Shown here piece after piece: positions 51,046 through 61,650 of a stretch of DNA of 64,000 nt. Location of the stretch: NCBI GenBank assembly GCA_963774265.1, contig CAVZDU010000003.1, positions 288,001 to 352,000 on the forward strand, in the 5' to 3' direction. Positions within the stretch are counted from its first letter, which is position 1; every line of letters starts with the position of its first letter. The notes under the pieces are model-generated. The model saw only the letters and a list, made by a program, of their open reading frames with translations, did no database searches and had not been told where the DNA came from. A program made the translations under genes and the position numbers. This stretch comes from an uncultured Chloroflexia bacterium (GTDB lineage Bacteria > Chloroflexota > Anaerolineae > CG2-30-64-16).

Positions 51046-53361
51046 ATGAGTTCATCAAAAATGCCTGTGCAACTTTCGGACGCGCAAAGCGCCCTCGCCG
51101 CACTACCCACTGACCGCCGCATTTTCCTCGAAGGCATTGCCGGCGCCGGGAAGACGACGGCCGCTGTGGCGCGGTTGGAGCATCTTCTGCTCTCCGGTGT
51201 GCCCGGGAGCGATATCCTCATCGTCCTGCCACAGCGTACGCTTGCCGCACCGTACAACGCACTCCTGCGCCGGCCCAGCACACCTGCGAGCGGGGAGGTT
51301 GCCACGGTCACCATAGGCGGCCTGGGTCAGCGGATGATCGAGCTCTACTGGCCGCTTGTGGCGCGGCAAGCTGGCTTCGCTCACCCCGATCACCCGCCCG
51401 TCTTCCTCACCCTGGAGACCGCACAGTATTTCATGGCCCGGGTCGTGCGGCCGATGCTCGATGCGGGGAATTTCGATGCCGTCCGCATCGACCGTAACCG
51501 TCTCTACAGCCAGATCCTGGACAACCTGAACAAGGCAGCGGTGGTTGGTTTTGATGCGGCGGAGATTGGGCCGCGGCTCAAGGCGGCGTGGCTGGGTGAA
51601 TCCGCGCAGTTCCGGGTCTATGATGAGGCGCAGGAGGCAGCAGACCGTTTCCGCGCCACCTGCCTGGCCCACAATCTGCTGGATTTCTCGCTCCAATACG
51701 AGATGTTTTCCCGACATCTCTGGCCGCTGCGCCCTTGTCGGGAGTACCTTCTGACGCGCTACCGGCACCTGATCATCGACAACACCGAGGAAGACACGCC
51801 AGTGAGCCACGATATCCTGGCTGAATGGCTGCCGCACACGACCTCGGCGCTGGTCGTGTATGACGAGGGAGGTGGATATCGCCGGTTTCTGGGAGCGGAC
51901 CCGGGGAGCGGCTACCGGCTGAAGGCGTTGTGCCAGGAGCGCGTCTATTTCGATCGCTCCTTTGTGACCTCGCCGGCTGTACAGGCGCTGGGCGTGGCTA
52001 TGCGCCGCGCACTGCGACCCAAGCCGAATGCCGGTGAGGTTGCACCGGTCATGGGGCGGCGGACGTCGCCTGTGCTCGCCCAGGAACTGGATTTCGATGC
52101 ACCTGCGCGGGAGGGCGCGACCCAAGCGAGCGGCCCAGCCCCGGCGATCATGGACGCGTTGGAGTATGAAGGCCGTCGCTACCATCACCAGATGATCGAC
52201 TGGGTTGCCGACCGTATTGCCGTGTTGGTGCATGACGAAGGTGTTTCGCCGGGCGAGATCGCAATCGTCGCGCCGTTCGTCAGCGGTGGCCTGCGTTTCG
52301 CGCTCGAAAACCGCCTGGCTGACCACGGGGTTCCAGTGCGGTCGCACCGGCCCTCGCGCGCGCTGCGTGAGGAGCCGACCACCCTGTGCCTGCTCACCTG
52401 GGCTGCGTTGTGCCACCCGGGCTGGCGCATTCGCCCTGCGGCCTTCGATGTCAGCCAGGCGCTGATGCACACGATCGCGGACATGGACCTGGTGCGCGCA
52501 CAACTTCTCGCCGACATCGCCTATCGCACGCGCGATGGCATCCCCACCTTGACCTCCTTCGCAGAGATCGAGCCCGCGATGCAGGAACGCATTACTTTCC
52601 TGTTGGGCGGGCGGTACGAGGGGCTCAGGACGTGGATCAACGCGCACACGGTTTCTGTGGATCAAACCTGGGCCACGCCGGAGCGTTCGGCTATGACGCG
52701 TGGGGGCAAGTCCCGGCGGCGCGCGGAACTGGATCACTTCTTGTCGCGCCTTTTCGGCGAGCTACTTTCTCAGCCGGGCTATGGTTTCCACGAGAGTTAT
52801 GATGCAGGTGAGTTGACCGCCAAGGTGATCGAATCCGCGCGCAAGTTCCGCCAGGTGATCACGGCATCGGGCGATGCCGTAGCATCGCACGATGCCGCAG
52901 CATCGCACGATCGGTCTGACCGCCCGATGGGGCAGGAGTACATCGAGCTGGTGCGCGACGGTGTGGTGGCTGCACAATACGTGCGCAGTTGGCGCCGCCA
53001 GGCCGAAGATGCGGTTCTGATTGCGCCCGCGTACACCTTCTTGATGGGCAACGTCGCGGTCGATCATCAGTTTTGGCTGGATGTGGGCGCCACCGGATGG
53101 TGGGAGCGGCTGAACCAGCCGCTGACGCATCCCTACATCCTCAGTCGCCGGTGGGAGCAGGGCAACCAGTGGACCGACCTGGAGGAATATTTCGCGCGGC
53201 AAGAGGCGATGGCCGAACTGGTCATCGGCCTGGTGCATCGCTGTCGCAAGCAGGTCCATCTGGCTTTAAGCGAGCTCAGCGAAGCCGGCAGTGACCAGCG
53301 CGGCGCACTGCTGCGGACAGTACAGCATGTGCTGCGCAGCGAACGTTCTCTTCACAACTAA
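51046..53361 (+). CDS. UvrD/AdnA-like SF1 helicase-fold protein with degenerate motor motifs
   Basis: Walker A GIAGAGKT; Walker B replaced by LIIDNTEED; EIAIVAP; no C-terminal nuclease. Confidence 0.7.
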   Translation: MSSSKMPVQLSDAQSALAALPTDRRIFLEGIAGAGKTTAAVARLEHLLLSGVPGSDILIVLPQRTLAAPYNALLRRPSTPASGEVATVTIGGLGQRMIELYWPLVARQAGFAHPDHPPVFLTLETAQYFMARVVRPMLDAGNFDAVRIDRNRLYSQILDNLNKAAVVGFDAAEIGPRLKAAWLGESAQFRVYDEAQEAADRFRATCLAHNLLDFSLQYEMFSRHLWPLRPCREYLLTRYRHLIIDNTEEDTPVSHDILAEWLPHTTSALVVYDEGGGYRRFLGADPGSGYRLKALCQERVYFDRSFVTSPAVQALGVAMRRALRPKPNAGEVAPVMGRRTSPVLAQELDFDAPAREGATQASGPAPAIMDALEYEGRRYHHQMIDWVADRIAVLVHDEGVSPGEIAIVAPFVSGGLRFALENRLADHGVPVRSHRPSRALREEPTTLCLLTWAALCHPGWRIRPAAFDVSQALMHTIADMDLVRAQLLADIAYRTRDGIPTLTSFAEIEPAMQERITFLLGGRYEGLRTWINAHTVSVDQTWATPERSAMTRGGKSRRRAELDHFLSRLFGELLSQPGYGFHESYDAGELTAKVIESARKFRQVITASGDAVASHDAAASHDRSDRPMGQEYIELVRDGVVAAQYVRSWRRQAEDAVLIAPAYTFLMGNVAVDHQFWLDVGATGWWERLNQPLTHPYILSRRWEQGNQWTDLEEYFARQEAMAELVIGLVHRCRKQVHLALSELSEAGSDQRGALLRTVQHVLRSERSLHN

Positions 53362-53379
53362 GGCACGAAGAAGCTGACC

Positions 53380-55621
53380 ATGCCATTTGATCCGAGACCC
53401 ACACAAGCGGCTGTCCTCGCCTATCCTGGCGGGATGATGGGCGTGTCAGCCGCACCGGGGAGCGGTAAGACACATGTGCTCTCGGCGCTCGCGGCGCGGC
53501 TTGTTGCGGACGGCGGCCTGGCGGATGACCAGGAAGTGCTCATCGTCACCCTGGTCAATTCTGCTGTGGATAACTTCTCCACCCGGGTGGACGAGTTCGT
53601 CAAAGAGCGTGGGCTGCTGCCACGCGTCGGCTACCGGGTGCGGACTCTGCACGGACTGGCGCACGACATCGTGAGGGAGCGCCCCGGACTGGTCAGCCTG
53701 GCGGAGGATTTCCGCATCGCGGACGAGCAGGAGACGCAGCAGATACTTCAATCTGCAGTGTCAGCATGGGTTTCAGCCAACCCGGACGCAGCGGAGCCGT
53801 TCATCGATCCGGGGCTCGCAACTGATGAGCGGCGTGTCGGGTGGGTCAAGAGCGACCAGTGGCCCACGCTGGTGGCGGATATTGCGGGCAGCTTCATCCG
53901 CCTGGCAAAGGACTTGCAGCTTGCGCCTGGCGTGTTGGCCGAACGGCTGGACCTGCTGCCTCATGCTGCACCCCTCATGGAGATGGGCGTCGCCATCTAT
54001 GCGGACTACGAGCACAGCCTCGAGGCTCGCCGCGGCGCTCGACTACGATGACCTGATTCGTCTCGCGCTGCAGGCCTTGCGGACCGATCCTGATTACCTG
54101 CAACGGCTGCGCTACCGGTGGCCCTACGTGTTGGAGGATGAGGCGCAAGACTCCAGCCGGCTTCAGGAGGAAATCCTGAGACTGCTGGCCGGGCCGGGCG
54201 GCAACTGGGTTCGGGTGGGGGATCCGAACCAGGCGATCTTCGAGACCTTCACCACCGCCAACCCGCGCTATCTGCGTGATTTTCTCGAAGAAGAGGGCGT
54301 GGTCGCGCTCACGCTGCCCACTTCCGGGCGGTCGACGCGCAGCATCATCCAACTGGCCAATCTTCTCGTCAAATGGTCGCGCGCAGAACACCCTATGGCG
54401 GGCCTGCGCGATGCACTCGCGCCAACGTACATTGAGCCGGCGCCCCCGGGCGATCCGCAGCCCAACCCGGAGGACGATCCGAGCGCGGTCCACCTGCCCC
54501 GGGGAAAATACTCACCCGCGGATGAGCTGGAAGCAATTGTCCGGTCGCTGGCGCGGTGGCTTCCGGAGAACAAGGACCGGACCGCGGCGATCCTGGTGCC
54601 GAGCAACCAGCGCGGTGAGGCGGTAGTGAGTGCGCTTAAGGGCCGTGGCATCGAGTATGTGGAGCTTTTGCGCAGCACTCGCGAGACCCGTAACCATGCC
54701 GGCGCGCTGGGCAATATCCTGGCTGCCCTGGCAGAGCCGGCGAACGCATCCAAACTGGCTACGGCATACCGCGTGTGGCGGCGCCGCGATCGCGAGGACC
54801 CCGAGGCGCGGGAGCGCATGGCGCGACTATCGAAAAGCATCGAGCGTTGCCGAAACGTGGAGGAGTTCCTGTGGCCACGGCCTGAGTCGGAAGACCTGGG
54901 CTGTATCGAGCTTCCCGACGCGGACCCGATCTATGACGAGCAGTTGCGCGCCTTCCGGTCCCTGGCGCGGCGTTGGCAGGGCGCGGCCACGCTGCCCATC
55001 GACCAGTTGCTCATTACCATCGGGCAGGATCTGTTCGATAAGCCTGGCGAGCTGGCGTTGACGCACAAGCTGGCGGCCCTGTTGCGACAGGCCGCGGCAG
55101 AGCATCCAGGCTGGCGTCTGCCCGAGCTGATCGACGAGTTGGCCGCCATCGCACGCAATGAGCGCAAGTTCCTGGGCTTCTCGGAGGATGACAGCGGCTT
55201 CAATCCGGACGCGCACAGAGGCAAAGTCACAGTTGTCACGGCGCACAAGGCGAAAGGGCTGGAATGGGATCGCGTCTATCTGACCTCTGTGAACGCGTAC
55301 GACTTCCCATCGGCCCAGGCCGGCGACACATTCATTTCCGAGCGTTGGTATATCCGGGACCGATTGAACTTGCAGGCCGAGGCATTGGCCCAACTACAGG
55401 CGTTAGCCGTCGAAGCGCCGCTGCCTCCCCTGGGACGCCCGACTGAGGTTGCTCGTCTTGACTACGCGGCGGAGCGGTTGCGCCTGCTGTACGTCGGCAT
55501 CACGCGCGCGCGCCGGGAACTGTTCCTCACGTGGAATACCGGCCGCAGCGGCAAGGTGACGCCTGCCGTCCCACTGCTGGCGCTGCAGGGCGCGTGGGAG
55601 CGATTGAAGATTGAAGACTGA
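53380..55621 (+). CDS. ATP-dependent SF1A helicase (UvrD/PcrA/AdnB-like), frameshift near 54030
   Basis: AAPGSGKT, RTLHG, LEDEAQD, VGDPNQAIF, TAHKAKGLEWD, RLLYVGITRAR. Confidence 0.9.
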
Positions 55622-55623
55622 AG

Positions 55624-56500
55624 ATGGCTTTACCACCTGATTTCCAGTTCAGCCAGGCGAGCCTGCAGGACTATGTCGAATGTCCCCGCCGGTTCCAGTT
55701 GCGCTACTTGTTGCAGCTTCAATGGCCCGCGCCCGAGGCCGAGCCGGCCGAAGAGCACGAGCAGCACATGCAGGACGGCGAGACATTCCACCGGTTGGTC
55801 CACCAACACCGCTTGGGTATCCCGGTGGAGTACCTGCAGCCAGGTGGTGGCGACGAGGTGGCAGGCGAAGCGGGCCCGGTGGTCTCGTCCTTGCTGGCCG
55901 AATGGTGGGCCGCCTATCTCGCTGCCCCGCCCCCAGACCTGCCGCGGATGCAATTTCCTGAGCTGGCGCTGTCGGTTCCCCTGGGCGAGCACAGGCTGGT
56001 TGCGAAATTCGATCTCGTGGCGATCGAAGCTGGACGCCGCGCCGTGATCGTGGACTGGAAGACATCGCGCCGCCGCGTGTCGGCCAGCCTCCTGGCGGCG
56101 CGGCTGCAGACCCGCGTGTATCGCTATGTGCTGGCGCAGGCCGGCGCGCACCTTTAACGGTGGCGCAGCGATCGCTCCTGAGCAAATCCGCATGCTGTAC
56201 TGGTTTGCGGTTGACCCCGAACACCCCGAGATCCTGCTGTACGATGCCAACCAGCAGGGTGCAGATGGGCGCTATCTGTCGGGCCTTGCTGCGAGCATCG
56301 CCGCCTCCGGGGATGATGATTTTCAGAAGACGGACGATGTGCGGCGCTGTCGCTTTTGCCCCTACCGCTCGCTGTGCAACCGGGGCGTTGAAGCAGGTCT
56401 GCTCAGTGAAGATGGCGCAGAAGATGTGGGCGAACCCGAGCCAGAATTTGATTGGGAGCGGGGTTTGGATTTCGAGCAGATCGCGGAGATCGCGTTCTAA
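55624..56500 (+). CDS. PD-(D/E)XK nuclease, RecB/AddB/Cas4-like with a four-Cys Fe-S staple; frameshift near 56152
   Basis: FSQASLQDYVECPRRF, GETFH, KFDLV, IVDWKT, LQTRVY, CRFCPYRSLC. Confidence 0.85.
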
Positions 56501-56512
56501 GAGGAGATATGC

Positions 56513-58899
56513 GTGCGGCCGTGGGTTGAGCCATCGCCTGTGATCGTTCCGCCAGAACTGCGTGCGGCAGCGGGGGGACATCCGTTGGTCGCGGAGGCGT
56601 TGGCGCGGCGCGGGGTGGTGAACGCCGCTGCAGCGCGGGCCTTCCTCGACCCTGCGCAGTACACTCCCTCATCCCCCGACACTCTACCGGGTATGGCGCG
56701 CGCGGTCGCGCGCATCGGCCGCGGCCTCAAGACGGGCGAGTCGATCTGCGTGTGGGGCGACTTCGATGTTGACGGCCAGACGTCGACAGCCCTACTCGTC
56801 TCGACCCTGCGCGATCTGGGCGGCCGCGTGACCTATCACGTCCCCCTGCGGGAGACCGAAGGACATGGCATCCATCTGCCGGTCCTGGAGCAGGCCATCG
56901 CCAACGGCGCGCGGCTGATCGTCACCTGCGACACCGGGATCTCCGCACACGATGCGGTCGCGTTCGCGCGCTCGCAGCGCGTAGATGTCGTCATCACCGA
57001 CCATCACGATCTGCCTGACCGGTTGCCCGACGCCGCAGCCATCCTCAACCCGAAGCTGTTGACCGCCCCTATGGGACGCGACTCATCGCCCCTGGCTGAT
57101 CTCCCCGGTGTGGGTGTGGCGTACAAACTGGCCGAAGCGCTGTATGAGCGAGCCGGCCGTGCGGGTGAAGTGGAGAAACACGCGGACCTGGCCGCACTGG
57201 GCATCATCGCCGATCTCGCGCTGCTGCGCGGGACACGCGTCACCTGGCGCAAGTCGGCTTGGCCAGCCTACGAAACGGGCGGCGGATTGGCGTGCAGGCG
57301 CTTTTCGAGTCCACGGAGTTGGACCCGGGCAACCTCGGGGAGGAGCACATCGGTTTCGTGCTGGCCCCGCGGCTTAACGCGGCGGGCCGGCTGGCCGACG
57401 CGGGCCCTTGCGTGGAGTTGTTGACGACTTCCGACCTGACTCAGGCGCGCATCATCGCAGCGGATCTGGAAGCGCTGAACGCGCGGCGTAAGTTCCTGAC
57501 GGACAGAGTGACGCAAGAAGCGGAGGCCCAGCTCAAGGCCGACCGGTCGCTGTTGGATCACGCTGCGCTCGTGCTCGCCAGCGCTTATTGGCCCGCAGGT
57601 ATCATTGGGATTGTCGCCAGCCGGCTGGTGGAGCGGTATGGCCGGCCGGTCGCGTTGGTGTCCACCGCGCAAGGCGGGCCGGGTCGTGGATCGGCGCGCT
57701 CTGCGGAGGGGGTTGACATATCGTCAGCCATCACCGCATGCCAGGGGCTCTTGTTGGGCTTCGGCGGTCATCCGATGGCTGCGGGCTTCACTATCGAACC
57801 TCATCGCATTGGCGCCTTCCGCGCGGCGTTGTCGGCCCGCGTTGTAGCCCAACTGGCTGATATCCCCGAACCTGAGGGTCTCGCCATCGATGCTGTGCTC
57901 CCCCTGAGTGAGCTTTCGTTGGAACTGGTCGACGACCTTTCGCGGCTGGGGCCGTTCGGGCCCGGGAACCCTGCACTGATGCTGTGTGCGCCACGGCTCG
58001 AGGTTCGCGCCAGTCGATTGGTGGGCCGGCAGGAGGAACATCGCATCCTGACCCTGGCCGATGAAACCGGCTTCGCGCGGCAGGTGGTGTGGTGGAACGG
58101 GGGCAGCGAGCAAGCGCCGCAAGGGCTTTTTGATCTGGCCTACACGGCCCGCGCCAGCACCTACCGGGGGGAACGCAGCGTCCAGGTCGAGTATCTCGCA
58201 GCGCGGCCCTCCCCCGGCGCGCCGGTGGTCGAAATCGCGGCGATGGATATCGAGGTGCTGGATTTTCGGCGCGCGCGGGACGCTGAGGTTCACCTGGCCG
58301 AACTTCTCTCGGGGGGGGACGTCGCGGTCTTCGGTGAAGGAGAGATGGATACCGCGGCTCGGGGTTCTAATCGCCAGTTGCTCCTGCCCGCGGCCACCCT
58401 TGCGTTTTGGACCGCGCCCTCCAGCCCCAGCGAGGTGCGGGCCGCGCTGGCCGCAGTCCGGCCTGAACGTGTCGCGCTGTTTGCCATGGAGCTCGGCCTG
58501 GATCGGCCGGATGCATTCCTCCGTCGATTGGCCGGGCTTGTGAAGCATGCGCTGAAGGCTCGGGGCGGCCGCGCGGGAGTGGCGGACCTGGCTGCCGCGA
58601 CGGCCCAGCGTGAGCTGGTCGTACATCTCGGATTGAAGTGGCTGGTGGCGCAGGGGAACCTGACGATTATCGAGGAGGGTGACGGCGCGGTTCTGCTCGC
58701 CTGGGGAAGGGGTCAGCCTGCGCCCGAGCCTGAGCGCACCCTGGCAGCAGCCCGGCTCTCCGCTGCACTCCGGGAGACGGCCGCGTTCCGCGCGTATTTC
58801 CGGACGGCCGACAAGGACGCGCTGCTGCGCGGGTACCAGGGAAGCAGTCCTGTGGACCGTGGACCCTCCCTTCTATTCGGGCCGCAGCCATCCCCATGA
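56513..58899 (+). CDS. recJ: Single-stranded-DNA exonuclease RecJ with C-terminal extension; frameshift near 57230
   Basis: GDFDVDG, VTCDTG, ITDHH, GVGVAYKL, APRLNAAGRL, GSARS, GGHPMAAG, PFGPGNP. Confidence 0.92.
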
Positions 58900-58936
58900 T
58901 AAAATAGAGCCAGCGTAATCCATCAAGGAGGATGGC

Positions 58937-60241
58937 ATGCATCGCAGCATTGGGATTCGTCGTGAGGATAAAAGCCACTGGGAGCGCCGTGTACCCCTGA
59001 CGCCGGCCATTGCCCGTCAACTCCGGGAGCTACACGGCATCCAGACTTACGTTCAACCTTCCCCTATCCGTGCTTTCGGAGAGACCGAGTTTGAGGAGCA
59101 CGGCGCGGTCATCCAGGAAGACCTAGCGCATTGCGCTATCGTTTTTGCGGTCAAGGAGATCCCTGCCTCCCTTTTCCGCCCCGGCGGTGCGTACATGTTC
59201 TTCGCCCACGTGATCAAGGGGCAGCCGTATAACATGCCCATGTTGCGCCGGCTGATGGAGCTCAAGTGCACCCTCATCGACTATGAGAAGGTGATCGACG
59301 ACCAGGGCCGCCGCCTGATCTTCTTTGGGCGTTACGCCGGACTGGCAGGCATGATCGAGACGCTCCATGCGCTGGGCCAGCGTCTGGCGGGGGATGGCGT
59401 GGCCAATCCCTTTCAGGAGTTAGGCCACGCACATCAGTATCATGATCTGGGCGCAGCCAAAGAAGCGGTGGCGCGTGTAGGCGAGGCGATCCGGCGTGAA
59501 GGCATCCCGGAGCAGATCGCACCCCTGACGATCGGCGTGACCGGCTACGGAAACGTCTCGCGCGGCGCATGGGAGATCCTCAACCTCCTGCCGATGGAGG
59601 TCATCGAGCCGGACATGCTCCCCCATCTTGTGAGCGGTTTTGCTGGCTCGCGCCACGCGGTCTATGGGACCACCTTCAAAGAGCAGCACATTGTTGAGCC
59701 GCTGGATGGCGAGTTTGACTGCCTGCGCTACTACGAGTGCCCGGACAACTACCGTCCGATTTTTGAGCGTTACCTGCCCTACCTGACCGTGCTGGTCAAC
59801 GGGATCTACTGGGATGCACGCTACCCCAGGTTGGTCACCAGGGACGCGTTGCGCGGCCTATGGGAAGGCGGGCAAACGAAGCTGAAGGTCATCGGCGACA
59901 TCTCTTGCGATATCGAGGGTTCGATCGAAGTGACGCTCAAGACCACTCAGCCGGATGTGCCGTGTTTCGTGGTCAACCCGCTCACCGGCGAGGCCAGGGA
60001 TGGCCTCGAGGGCGAGGGTGTGGCGGTCATGGCCGTGGATATCCTGCCCAGCGAGTTGCCGCGTGACGCGTCGGAGGAGTTCAGCCGCGTGCTGGGGGAT
60101 TACATCCCCGCGATTGCTGCGGCGGATTTCTCAGCACCGTTTGAGGACCTCGACCTCCCCGCGCCGATCAAGCGCGCCGTCATCGTCCACCGTGGAGAAC
60201 TGACACCCGATTACGCGCATATCCGGCGATATCTGGAATAA
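58937..60241 (+). CDS. Lysine-ketoglutarate reductase / saccharopine dehydrogenase (Lys-forming); LKR half of AASS
   Basis: RREDKSHWERRVPLTP, VKEIP, FAHVIKGQPYNM, IDYEK, FGRYAG, GYGNVSRGA, DISCD, VDILPSELP. Confidence 0.85.
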   Translation: MHRSIGIRREDKSHWERRVPLTPAIARQLRELHGIQTYVQPSPIRAFGETEFEEHGAVIQEDLAHCAIVFAVKEIPASLFRPGGAYMFFAHVIKGQPYNMPMLRRLMELKCTLIDYEKVIDDQGRRLIFFGRYAGLAGMIETLHALGQRLAGDGVANPFQELGHAHQYHDLGAAKEAVARVGEAIRREGIPEQIAPLTIGVTGYGNVSRGAWEILNLLPMEVIEPDMLPHLVSGFAGSRHAVYGTTFKEQHIVEPLDGEFDCLRYYECPDNYRPIFERYLPYLTVLVNGIYWDARYPRLVTRDALRGLWEGGQTKLKVIGDISCDIEGSIEVTLKTTQPDVPCFVVNPLTGEARDGLEGEGVAVMAVDILPSELPRDASEEFSRVLGDYIPAIAAADFSAPFEDLDLPAPIKRAVIVHRGELTPDYAHIRRYLE

Positions 60242-60261
60242 GACGCAAAAGGAGCCTCTGA

Positions 60262-61584
60262 ATGAAGAAGGTCGTGGTTTTCGGCGCGGGCATGGTCGCC
60301 GGCGCACATGTGGAGTATCTGCTCGATCATGGTTTCGAGGTCACTGTCGCCAGCCGAACATTGAGCAAGGCGCAGGAATTGGTCAAGGGGCGTGGTCACG
60401 GTCACGCGGTCGCGGTCAACTCCGATGACGTTTCCGCGATGGGAGATCTCATTCGACAGCACGACCTCGCGGTCAGCCTGTTGCCGTACGCCTACCACCC
60501 TGCCGTTGCCAGGCTGTGCATCAAGCACGGCGTGCACATGGTGACGACTTCCTACGTGAAGCCGGAGATGGCCGGCTTGGATGCGGACGCCAGGAACGCG
60601 GGCGTGACCCTGCTCAATGAGATGGGCGTTGATCCGGGCATTGACCACATGACAGCCATGCGCGTGATTCATAAGGTGCAGGCCGCGGGCGGGAAGATCA
60701 CCAGGTTCGTCTCGATTTGCGGCGGGCTCCCCGCTCCCGAGGCCAACACGAACCCATTCGGTTATAAGTTCTCCTGGAGCCCGCGCGGTGTTCTATTGGC
60801 CGGCAAGAACCCCGCACACTACCTGTGGGATGGCAAAGAGGTCAATATCAAGGCCGGCACGCTCTTCGACCACTACTGGACCACCCCCATCGCGGTCGAG
60901 GGCGAGACCATCGAGTACGAGGTTTACCCAAATCGCGACAGTATGTCCTACCTGGAGACCTACGGCATCAGGGGTGCGGCAACCATGTTCCGCGGTACGC
61001 TGCGCAACCTGGGTTGGTGCACGACGCTGAGCAGGATTTCGGACCTGGGACTCCTGGATGAGACGCCGCGCGACGATCTTAGTGGCGCGACGTGGGCCGA
61101 ATTCACTCGCAAGCTAGTGGGAGGATCCGGAGATCTGAGGGCCGACCTGGCCGCCAAGCTAGGCGTCGACGTGGATTCGAAAGTTGTGGGCGACCTGGCT
61201 TGGCTGGGTGTATTCTCGGATGAGCCGCTGCCCGCGGGCCAGAAGTCGCCGATTGACATCCTGTGTGCGCGCATGCTGAAGAAGCTGCGGTACGAGCCAG
61301 GGGAGCGAGATCTGCTGATCCTGCGTCACGAGTTCGAGGCGGCCTACGCAGATCGCAGGGAGAGCATCACGTCGATCATGGTCGATTTCGGCATCCCGAA
61401 CGGCTATACATCCATGGCGCGCACGGTTGGCCTGCCTTCGGCTATCGGCGTACGGCTGATTCTGGAGGGGAAGATCAACCTGACGGGCGTGCAGATTCCG
61501 GTCGTGCCGGAGATTTATGAGCCGGTGCTGAACGAGCTTGAGACGATGGGAATCCACTTCGTGGAGAAGTGGGAGACGCAGTGA
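60262..61584 (+). CDS. Saccharopine dehydrogenase (Glu-forming); SDH half of AASS
   Basis: GAGMV, SLLPY..H, TTSYV, NEMGVDPGIDH, CGGLPAPE, YKFSWSPRG, YPNRDS, RGTLR, MARTVGLP. Confidence 0.92.
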   Translation: MKKVVVFGAGMVAGAHVEYLLDHGFEVTVASRTLSKAQELVKGRGHGHAVAVNSDDVSAMGDLIRQHDLAVSLLPYAYHPAVARLCIKHGVHMVTTSYVKPEMAGLDADARNAGVTLLNEMGVDPGIDHMTAMRVIHKVQAAGGKITRFVSICGGLPAPEANTNPFGYKFSWSPRGVLLAGKNPAHYLWDGKEVNIKAGTLFDHYWTTPIAVEGETIEYEVYPNRDSMSYLETYGIRGAATMFRGTLRNLGWCTTLSRISDLGLLDETPRDDLSGATWAEFTRKLVGGSGDLRADLAAKLGVDVDSKVVGDLAWLGVFSDEPLPAGQKSPIDILCARMLKKLRYEPGERDLLILRHEFEAAYADRRESITSIMVDFGIPNGYTSMARTVGLPSAIGVRLILEGKINLTGVQIPVVPEIYEPVLNELETMGIHFVEKWETQ

Positions 61585-61650
61585 CGCGATGACGCGGAGA
61601 CACGGTGCACCCTGTCATCGTGTCTCCCTTCGGGTGCGGACGGACGGTCG

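Noticed and set aside
55624-56500. Cas4-like nuclease as part of a CRISPR-Cas system
   Set aside because: No cas1/cas2 or array; the context is helicases and recJ.
54020-57240. Programmed frameshifting in helicase, nuclease and recJ
   Set aside because: No slippery heptamers; single-base indels in short runs match sequencing errors seen across the window.
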